DNA of 64,000 nt, taken from NCBI GenBank assembly GCA_963665115.1, contig OY762007.1, positions 3,232,001 to 3,296,000 on the forward strand. The letters run 5' to 3'. Position 1 is the first letter of the stretch; every line of letters starts with the position of its first letter. Both the position numbers and the translations under genes were made by a program. The DNA is from an uncultured Rivularia sp. GTDB taxonomy: Bacteria > Cyanobacteriota > Cyanobacteriia > Cyanobacteriales > Nostocaceae. The notes under the pieces are model-generated. The model was not told the DNA's origin. It ran no database searches and worked only from the letters and a program-made list of their open reading frames with translations. This document shows positions 55,514 to 64,000 of the stretch, one piece after another.

Positions 55514-56236
55514 CTAACTCTTAACTCCTAACTGTTTCCTATACCTACGTTTATCTAAACGTTCATATTCAGAATAATTGCCGGGTAAACTTTCAAAAGT
55601 CACAAAATAATTTTGCTTCCACTCTTCAAGTAAATTATTAAACCAAATATCCAATGGAATCAAATCGTGAGTATCGGCTTTACCTTTATTGTGGCTGAGA
55701 TGAATTTCTCCTACTTGATTTGAATTTAATAGATTTAAACAAGTCTGCTGAGTTAAATCAATATCTCCTTGGTACCAGATCAGAATATGTGAAACGTCAA
55801 TTAATAAAGTATGATTAACTAAACTTTCCATACTCGAACACCAATAATCTTCTGTTGGCATTACTTCAATATAAACGGGAACTTTTACTGTTTTTTCAAG
55901 CTGCAATAGACTAGTTTCTAATTCCTTTTGCGTGCATTCATGCTGACGTGGAGGATGAAGAGATAAAGCACGTACATCATTTTTTGCCGTAAATTTAGCG
56001 TATATATCCCAACTTTTAGGATGTAATAAATTGAGTCTTTTTCTTATACCATCTACGTAAAGACAAGAATCATGTAATATCAAAGGTATTCCCGAATAAT
56101 CGAAATCTGTAGAGCAACTGCTTCCGATTGCTAATTCAAGAAAATCAAGCTGCATCGGTTTTTGTAATTGTTTAAATATATTCAAACATTCAGCAAAAGG
56201 ACGTAATCCAATTGCAGTGATACTTAATCCAAGCAT
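55514..56236 (-). CDS. Metal-dependent TIM-barrel protein (AP endonuclease 2 / xylose isomerase / DUF692-like fold)
   Basis: LILHD, LSLHP, YIEVM, LLIDVSH, EIHLSH, DTH, TFE: the typical order of metal ligands. Confidence 0.6.
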   Translation of the reverse strand: MLGLSITAIGLRPFAECLNIFKQLQKPMQLDFLELAIGSSCSTDFDYSGIPLILHDSCLYVDGIRKRLNLLHPKSWDIYAKFTAKNDVRALSLHPPRQHECTQKELETSLLQLEKTVKVPVYIEVMPTEDYWCSSMESLVNHTLLIDVSHILIWYQGDIDLTQQTCLNLLNSNQVGEIHLSHNKGKADTHDLIPLDIWFNNLLEEWKQNYFVTFESLPGNYSEYERLDKRRYRKQLGVKS

Positions 56237-56249
56237 TAATTTTTTACCG

Positions 56250-57104
56250 TTATTTTAAATATGCTTCTTCGTTAACTATTTCTTCTTCTACAAATGCAAA
56301 TTTACCTATTTGCAGAAAGTCGAAGAATAAAGATAGTGTGTCGTAATTTTTTGTATCTTTGAGATATTTTAAGATTCTGTCTTTAAAATCCCAACTCTCT
56401 TCTTTTCCAATTCGAGATTCCAAAGGGATATTATTGGTAATACAAAAATCATGTAGGTTTGATATGGTAGCTAATCCTGGATCAAATCTAAATTCGTTTA
56501 TACATCCTTCTGCTTCATCAAAGAGCCATTTCAATTGGTCAATTTCTCTTTCATCTAATTTTAGATTATATTTCCGACAAAACTCGCTAAGCTTGGTACC
56601 TATTAAAATTGTTTTATGCAAATCTTCTGCTACTGCTACTGCTTCATGTTTATGAACGTAACGCGCTATCAGATGTATCGCCTGAAAACCTATTTCTTCG
56701 TAACAAGTAAATACTTTTTTAGTAGAATCAACTAAAATATAGCATTCATCATCGTAATCAATGTATGAAGCATAAACCGAATATAGTTTATCGCCTTTCT
56801 TTAACGGAATTCCTTTGTTAACTATCTGCCTTACCTTTTCAGAATCAACATCCTGCAAAAGTTGAAAAGCCTTAGCCCTTACTTCAATCTCCCCATCATC
56901 CAAAGCTTCAATCAATAAATCTATCCCTGCATCACCGTATTTAATCGCATCAGCTAAACTATCAACTCGCTGCTGTGTATTTCCAGTTTCCAAACGCCGC
57001 TTCAATCCTTCAATTCCACCTAAAACAGCACCATAAATTGGAGGTGGAGAATTACCACCAAGCACCGCATCATATTCGCGGGGGCTTTGGGAATTATTTG
57101 TCAT
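56250..57104 (-). CDS. Protein with a cyanobacterial PREYDAVLGG/HEAT-like N-terminal module and an unknown C-terminal domain
   Basis: PREYDAVLGGNSPPP..GAVLGGIEGLKRRL..ALDD..VRAKA; ATG 57104 preferred to track start 57164. Confidence 0.6.
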   Translation of the reverse strand: MTNNSQSPREYDAVLGGNSPPPIYGAVLGGIEGLKRRLETGNTQQRVDSLADAIKYGDAGIDLLIEALDDGEIEVRAKAFQLLQDVDSEKVRQIVNKGIPLKKGDKLYSVYASYIDYDDECYILVDSTKKVFTCYEEIGFQAIHLIARYVHKHEAVAVAEDLHKTILIGTKLSEFCRKYNLKLDEREIDQLKWLFDEAEGCINEFRFDPGLATISNLHDFCITNNIPLESRIGKEESWDFKDRILKYLKDTKNYDTLSLFFDFLQIGKFAFVEEEIVNEEAYLK

Positions 57105-57295
57105 AAAAAACACCTTAGAATATTTTGTTATTCCAAGATGCCATCTAATATTTGATTGCGCCAATAGTAATATTAACTAACGTTTTTTATAATGCTACGC
57201 AAAATTGATTAATTTGTTTATTGGCGAAATACTGTAGAGATGCGATATATTGCGTCTCTACAATTCACCATGCCCAACGCCCAATTCCCAATCCC

Positions 57296-59843
57296 CTATT
57301 TCCTAACTTGTAACTTAGGATAAGCAATTCGCTTGTGATGGAATTGTTGCCAGACTGTGACGAAGATTTCGGCGATTTTTGACATTTCTTGACGTGTTAA
57401 GCCGGAATCTAGGAGTTGATTATCTTTCCATCTTGCCCGTAGAATATTGTTAACCATATTCAAGGCTTTTTCTGGCGTGGCATCTCGAAGAGAACGCAAT
57501 GCTGCTTCACAGGAATCAGCTAACATCACAATTGCTGTTTCCCGTGATTGAGGAGACGGCCCCGTCATAACGAAAGTCTTCGTCTTTAATTTGTAAGTTT
57601 GGATCGTCTTTAGCAATCTGTTGAGCTTGATGGTAGAAGTAAGCAATTTGCATCGTTCCTTGATGCTCTGGAATAAATGCCTGTATTGCAGTTGGTAAAC
57701 TATGTTTCCTTGCCATAGCTAACCCGGCGCTTACGTGCTTTTTAATAATATCGGCACTTATCCAAGGGTCATTTATTTCTGTATCATGTTTGTTAGGACC
57801 ACCCATCTGATTTTCGATAAATCCCATTGGGTCGTGCATTTTGCCAACATCATGGTATAATGTCCCTGCTCTAACTAGTTCTACGTTGCATTTAAGTTCT
57901 TTGGCAGCAGCTTCAGCAAGGGTGGCGACAAACAAGGTATGCTGGAATGTTCCGGGGGCTTCTGTTGCAAGGCGTTTGAGAAGGGGACGATTAGGAGAAG
58001 CGAGTTCTGCCAATCGTATGGGAGTCACTAAGTCAAACAGTTTTTCTAAATAAGGACTCAATCCCAAGGCGACGATACTCCAACCCAAACCCGATAAAGC
58101 TAATAATCCTGCTTCTTGAAAGACGAGGTAGGAAGTCGAAGTGAATGCTGTGCCTAACAATACCTTCAATAATAAATAAACACCACCTTCAGTCAAAGAA
58201 ATTCCAAATCCTAATACTGCCAATTCTTCACGAGAACGGAGTCGTTGTGCCATGCAGGAACCGAGAATTCCTCCTGCTGCACCAGCCAGAATTGCTGTTT
58301 TGCCTACATCTAGGCTCATGGGTAACAATAATGTGGTCAGCAAACCAATAACAGTTATCCCTAAAGTAGGTCCGTAGAAACTGCCTAAAAGTAAGCCGAT
58401 TGCGCTCCAAGTTGTAAAAGGAATGCCAAGCACTAACAATGATGGACACGATAAAGTCAGTAATAATACTAACAACCTGTCGCTTTGACGCAACCCTATT
58501 TTTAACCGCTTTTCTACTAAGGCATAAATGCCAATTGCTGCTGCAACAATGCTTCCCAGGATACTTAAACCCAGCCAATTAATCTCCCGACGGATTAAAC
58601 GATAATTTTCTAATACAGCTAAATTCCAAGGTGTAATATCTTGCCCTTTTCTGACAATTAATTCACCTTTTTTAACCGTCATCATTACTGGCTGTATTTT
58701 GGCTGCCGCTTCTGAAGCTTGTAGTTCCGTTTGTTGTTCGTCTTTCTTTAAGTTTGGCTGTAAAACGCTTACTAATAATTTGGTTGCCCAAAATTTACTG
58801 TCTTTAGGTACTAAGGATTCCGATTTCTGTAGATGCAGATTGATTACGTATTCTAAATTCTCAGAAGGTAATCCTGGATGAATGCCTTGAGCTAGGATTA
58901 ATTGGGCACTTTGTACTATACCCATTTGAATTTTCGACCATGTTTCATCGCTGAAATCAATTACGCTAGTGTCTTCGTATACTATTCCCACTGGCTTCTG
59001 ATTGCTAAACTCTGCTAGCTTCGCTTTGGCTTGAACATAAAGTTCTCGTTTCGATTCTATTGTCTTAATTAGCGATTGCAAATTTGTTAGGGAAGTTTCA
59101 GCACGATATAGCTGTAATTGATTTAACGCCTGTTTGAAGTTAGGGTTTTGAGTGGTTGTATCAATACTTTGAGAATCTCGAAGAGTAGTATCAGTTGTAT
59201 TCGCTACAACTATAGGTTTTGGTTTTTGGTTCCTAGCAACATTTTGGTTGCCATCTTGTAAGGAAATTTTTAATTGATTCCATTCTTCTTCGGAAGTGGA
59301 GCGTAGATAATTTTGTATGGAAGGATCTAATACCTCGATATCAAAAAACGGGAAATTACCAGCAGTCTTACGAATTTCGTTTCCTTGTTGTAGCAGTTGT
59401 TCTAAATTCTGCTCGACTGCTTCGTTAACTCGCTTATCCACCATTAACCATTGCCGAGAATTGTCTCTAGCAGCTTCGCGAAGCAGTTCTGTTTTCTCTT
59501 TATCTTCTACTTGAGCAGTATATGGCGCAACAATCGTCTCGCGGGCTGTTGTTCCCTCTTGCAATTGCGGTTGGTTGTATAACTTATGTCCCATAACTCC
59601 TGTCATGGTAATCAAAGCAATCGCAAACACAACCAAGGAATGTTGAGGAATAAAGCCCCAAAAAGTTGTGTAAATACCACATTTACCTTTAGCCGAATTT
59701 ACCATTGAACTGGAGCTGAAGGGTTTTTTATACCGATTTTTCTCACCTGTTTTAGACATATACCAGCGACGTAGTGCTTTGTATCGTCTTCCCCAGTGAG
59801 CTAAACCTTGAATTAAGGACTTAAAAAATGGCTGCGTTTTCAT
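57296..59843 (-). CDS. 7TM-HDIG membrane phosphohydrolase (PgpH-like cyclic-dinucleotide phosphodiesterase), split by one extra base at about 57560-57563
   Basis: EAPGTFQH, LYHDVGK, FIENQ, EHQGT; removing one base restores FRYDGPSPQSRETAIVMLADS..RIAYP. Confidence 0.88.
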
Positions 59844-60057
59844 TACCTACGACCGCAGTTGCCTATAAGAATAGTTGAATACCAGACAATTCTGAACAGA
59901 AGTTTCAAGCTTCAAAGCTGCCATCATAGTTACCATTTAATCTAAATCCTGAATTTACTCCGTACTAAGTATAGTTTTTCGGTCAAAAAAGTATAACTAT
60001 CTTAATGAGGGTAAACGTGCAGGGGGTGGACACAGAGTTGAACGATTATAAATATAG

Positions 60058-60959
60058 TTAACGTAAACGAATGATATATGGGGCTGCAATTGCCTCTAAT
60101 GGGGAAATCAAATCTCGCTCGTCCTCCTTTACTTCTATAGATTGTGGTAATACGTGATACAATCCCGACCAAACAGCCACAAGTGCATCAGCTAATTTTA
60201 CCATTTGGGAAAAGCTAGCTAATCCCCATTGTGCTAATTTTGCCTCATCTAACCCTAAGTGCCAAGTTATAGGTATACCAGCCATGCTGTTATAAGCCCC
60301 AGAAATCGCACCGGCGATCGCCCCACAAACCCTTGAATTGTGTGGGTTTTTGATAGCTTGTAAATAAGTGAGGCGAAAATCTTCCTTAGTATTTATAAAA
60401 GAATAAAAAGCTACAGCAATAATATTACTTATACTATTTTCTTTACCCAAGCAATTTTGTAATTCAGAAGATCCCAAATTTTCAGCTTTATAGTTATTGA
60501 CTTGTTGCAGTATTATTGGTATATCCGTTGTAGTTTCGCCGATAAAGAAAGTAATTTCTGAAGCCAGTGTATTTGGATTAATTTTTCATTTAACGATTGA
60601 GCGACGAGATAACATACGGTTAATACTGCGTCTCGAATAAAGGGATTATGACTTCTTATCGTTAAAAGTAAGTTATCGCGTAGTTTTAAATGGTTTTCGT
60701 GAAAAAAGAAGGCTATAGGCAGAGCCGCTGAAATTGAGTTCAATAACATCAAGTCGGTTGGAAGTTCGGAATTCCAAGCTGAGGATTGAAATTTGTTCCA
60801 TTCATTTAAATCAAAGCCACCCCGCGCAATCAGCATTTCGATACCTTGAACTCCTGCCATGCAATAGAATGGTTCTTCGCTTTCTGTAGTGGCTAAAATT
60901 TGTCCGAGTAAACCTCCTGTTAAAGTGCCCCGAATTCTATTTGTCAGTGAATAGCGCAT
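60058..60959 (-). CDS. Degenerate ADP-ribosylglycohydrolase-family protein; one base missing near 60580-60586
   Basis: NRIRGTLTGGLLG, GAIAGAISGAYNSMAGIPITW; adding one base joins the two ORFs. Confidence 0.7.
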
Positions 60960-61413
60960 ACAGTCAATAAAAAAAGCTTAAATAAATATCTTGTTATGTT
61001 ATAACTACCACTTGCATAAGCACTAATTCTGGATAAGACTAAATTTTTTTTAATTATGTTTCATCGCTTGAAGGATAATATCGTTAAATAAACCTTAGTG
61101 GGGTAACAAAAAGCAGATAATCTACTAAGTTTCAAAACAATAAAAATCCGCCTTAGTAGCGGGTTGAAAGATATTATTCCAGATTACTAAATTTTATTGC
61201 GTAGTAGAGTTATCCTAGCGTCTCCCAGAGGAAGATATGATATTCGCAGGATGCCCACTTTTATGATAAACAACGGCTTGTAAACAATTTTATGACCAAT
61301 CTGATTTGTTAATAGTCTTTCTTATAACTATTCCCTAATTCCTAATTATTTTGTCAAAAGGAGTTATTTTAACAAAATGACAAAATAAATAAAAATATCT
61401 CCGATCGGATAAT

Positions 61414-61908
61414 TTAAAGTTTTCTAAGGTGATACACTAAAGCTTGCAATCCTAAAAGGTAGCTTTTCGCGCCAAAGCCGCTAATTTGACCGATTGCTAC
61501 TGGTGCAATATATGAATGATGTCTAAATTCTTCTCTACGATATATATTGCTCAAATGTACTTCTATCGTAGGTAGATTTACACCAGCAATCGCATCTCGC
61601 AGTGCTACACTCGTGTGGGTGTAAGCTCCGGCATTAATGATGATGCCTTGATGATTAAATAATGCATCATGAATAGCATCGACTAAAACACCTTCATGGT
61701 TAGACTGCACGGCAGATATTTGAGATGATAAAGAACGTCCTTCTTCTACTAATAGAAGGTTAATATCATCCAAACTAAGCGAACCATAAATTTCTGGCTC
61801 TCTTTGTCCCAATAAATTAAGATTGGGCCCGTGCAGCACTAAAATGCTTAAAGAAGGTTCAGTGCCTTCCCCAGCATTTGAGCTATCTACCACGACGAGA
61901 ACGCCCAT
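61414..61908 (-). CDS. aroQ: Type II 3-dehydroquinate dehydratase (start uncertain, probably downstream of 61908)
   Basis: [49 protein letters not shown]. Confidence 0.95.
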   Translation of the reverse strand: MGVLVVVDSSNAGEGTEPSLSILVLHGPNLNLLGQREPEIYGSLSLDDINLLLVEEGRSLSSQISAVQSNHEGVLVDAIHDALFNHQGIIINAGAYTHTSVALRDAIAGVNLPTIEVHLSNIYRREEFRHHSYIAPVAIGQISGFGAKSYLLGLQALVYHLRKL

Positions 61909-62023
61909 CCACAGGAATTGGAATTAATTCTGCTTCTGGCTCAGCTTCTGGCCCTAAAAGAGCATCAATCAGCTCGCGTGCTAAATCCTTAAGCTTTTCG
62001 AGCACCTTTTCGATATAATCCAT
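61883..62023 (-). CDS. 46-aa small protein (amphipathic helix plus [14 protein letters not shown] tail); not in the ORF track
   Basis: [54 protein letters not shown] upstream; resembles a conserved cyanobacterial hypothetical as recalled. Confidence 0.7.
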   Translation of the reverse strand: MDYIEKVLEKLKDLARELIDALLGPEAEPEAELIPIPVDGRSRRGR

Positions 62024-62340
62024 TTAACTGAACGCTCCTGAGATACTAACTTAAAGTCAACTATCGACTACGGAGAAAATAAACCTTCAAACAGTATCGC
62101 TGGTTGATAAATGGGTTAATTCTGACTCCCCTTTGCCGGGGAGCAAGTCATTACCGATAACCGCGATTTCTCCCTTTATTATTTTAGGTTATCACATTCG
62201 CCACGGGTAGGTTGACACTGAATTTCTTAAGAAGTATTTTGCATTAGCGATAATCTGCCAATGGTTCAAAGTTCATCAAAAATTAATAGTCCAGAAGTAT
62301 TAAAGCATCTGGACTATTGCATGGTAATCTCAGCAGTTCG

Positions 62341-64000
62341 TCAACTTGTTTCGGTTTCCTTTTTAGAGTTAGTACCTGAAGTCTTACTAGAAGTTTTAGC
62401 TTTAGTGGTAGTAGATTTTTTAGTACCCGAAGTCTTGGACTTAGTTGTTTTGCGAGTTGATTTACCCTTTGGTTCTTTACTGGCTAATAACTCCAATGCT
62501 TTCTCTAAAGTGATGCTTTCAACAGTTTCACCTTCGGGAATGCCGACATTGGTTTTACCATGCTTGATATAAACTCCATAAGGTCCTTCATAGACATTAA
62601 CTGGTTCTTCAGTATCTGGGTGAGAACCCAATTCCCGTAATGGCTTTTTCGATTTACTTCTGCTACCCCGTCCTTTTTTAGGCTCGGACAATAATTCTAA
62701 TGCTCTTGCAAAAGTGATGCTGAGTACATCATCACCTGCTTTTAAGGAACGGTAGTCTTTAGCATCTTTAGCATTGTGAACTACGTAAGGTCCAAAACGA
62801 CCCAGATTTGCTTGGATGCTAGCACCAGTTTCGGGGTGTTCTCCTAACTTTCTAGGAAGTGCCAATAAACCAACAGCCATTTCTACCGTTACGTTTTCTG
62901 GATCTACTTTTTTAGGTAGCGATGCTTGTTTTGGTTTGGGATTTTCTTCAGATTTTTCGCCTAATTGTACGTAGGGGCCGTAAGGGCCAATCAACATGAA
63001 AATGGGCTGTGCAGTTTCTGGATGAATACCGACTTGATCGGGGCCTTCAGTTTTTTGTTTGAGTAACTTTTCTACTTTTGCCGGATCGAGATCGGCTGGA
63101 GTCAAGTCTCTGGGAATAGAAGCTGTAACTATCTCATCGCCATTTTCGGCTTCCAAATAAGCGCCAAATTTCCCGATGCGGATTTTAACATTTGGAATGT
63201 CTAAATCTACGGTTCTGGATGTATTGATATCAATTTGGCTTTCTCTTTCCTTAACCAAGGTATCTAAACCTTGTTCCCCTAAATAGAATTTTTGCAGGTA
63301 AGGTAGCCATTCTGCTTCCCCTCTGGAAATATCATCAAGGGTTTGCTCCATTTTGGAGGTAAAGCTAGGATCGATGATTTCACAGAAGTGAGTTTCCAGT
63401 AACTTGGTAACGGCGAAAGCTGTAAATGTCGGAATCAAGGCATTACCAGTTAACTGCGCGTAGCCTTTATCAATAATGGTACCGATAATGCTGGCATAGG
63501 TACTGGGACGACCAATTCCTTCACTTTCTAACGTTTTGACCAAAGTAGCTTCAGTGTACCTGGCAGGAGGTTGGGTTTCATGACCTACAGTTTCAAGTTC
63601 TTTGCAATTTGGATTATCGCCAACTTTGAGGTTGGGTAAAATTACTTCCTTATCTTCAAGGGCTGCTTCAGGATCGTCGGAACCTTCGACATAAGCGCGT
63701 AAAAATCCAGGAAAATCAATTCGCTTACCAGAAGAACGAAAACCTGCATCTTCAACCTGCAAATGCATAGTGATTTGAGTTTGTCTCGCATCTGCCATTT
63801 GACAAGCAACGGTACGTTTCCAAATCAAATCGTACAATTGCATTTCCCTACCGCTCAAGCCAGTTTCTTGGGGAGTGCGGAAACTGCTTCCAGCAGGACG
63901 AATCGCTTCGTGTGCTTCTTGAGCGCTCTTAGATTTTGTCGTGTATTTTCTCGGTTGTGGCGACAAAAATTCTTTGCCGTAGAGTTTTTGCACGCATTCT
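62341..64000 (-). CDS. topA: DNA topoisomerase I, C-terminal part (5' end outside the window)
   Basis: AQEAHEAIRP, LYDLIWKRTVACQM, GIGRPSTYASI, Topo C-terminal repeats GRFGPY/GPYGPY, Lys-rich tail. Confidence 0.96.
   Translation of the reverse strand, partial: ECVQKLYGKEFLSPQPRKYTTKSKSAQEAHEAIRPAGSSFRTPQETGLSGREMQLYDLIWKRTVACQMADARQTQITMHLQVEDAGFRSSGKRIDFPGFLRAYVEGSDDPEAALEDKEVILPNLKVGDNPNCKELETVGHETQPPARYTEATLVKTLESEGIGRPSTYASIIGTIIDKGYAQLTGNALIPTFTAFAVTKLLETHFCEIIDPSFTSKMEQTLDDISRGEAEWLPYLQKFYLGEQGLDTLVKERESQIDINTSRTVDLDIPNVKIRIGKFGAYLEAENGDEIVTASIPRDLTPADLDPAKVEKLLKQKTEGPDQVGIHPETAQPIFMLIGPYGPYVQLGEKSEENPKPKQASLPKKVDPENVTVEMAVGLLALPRKLGEHPETGASIQANLGRFGPYVVHNAKDAKDYRSLKAGDDVLSITFARALELLSEPKKGRGSRSKSKKPLRELGSHPDTEEPVNVYEGPYGVYIKHGKTNVGIPEGETVESITLEKALELLASKEPKGKSTRKTTKSKTSGTKKSTTTKAKTSSKTSGTNSKKETETS

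Overview
AT-rich chromosomal window from a heterocyst-forming cyanobacterium (Nostocales; Rivularia/Calothrix-like by inference). Evidence: repeated HIP1 GCGATCGC sites, STRR-type heptamer tracts, a HetP-family gene and a HetR-type box. Housekeeping genes: ndhB, a pncB-nadD-nrtR-nadE NAD operon with a perfect NrtR operator, yidD, rpiA, dxs, mtnA, moeA, an NDH-2/ndbB-like gene, a comA-like PLD-HhH gene, a 7TM-HD phosphodiesterase, aroQ and partial topA. The best candidate for an undescribed system is a three-gene biosynthetic operon at 6.6-10.1 kb: an AetD/BesC-type heme-oxygenase-like diiron oxidase, a FOXRED2-like flavoprotein and a SAM methyltransferase. Other notable items: (1) a DUF11 / large outer-membrane protein / Gly-rich surface protein cluster; (2) a ParDE-type toxin-antitoxin module bracketed by a duplicated 3' end of the neighbouring gene; (3) a glutamine (glnA) riboswitch ahead of a DUF4278/PirA-like gene; (4) two small ORFs missing from the ORF track, one probably AtpTheta; (5) nested small mobile repeats, one expanded in frame inside a protein. 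About nine genes, including dxs, are broken by single-base indels in short homopolymers, most likely sequencing errors. I saw no CRISPR array, tRNA or rRNA. Family assignments come from recalled motifs, not database searches.
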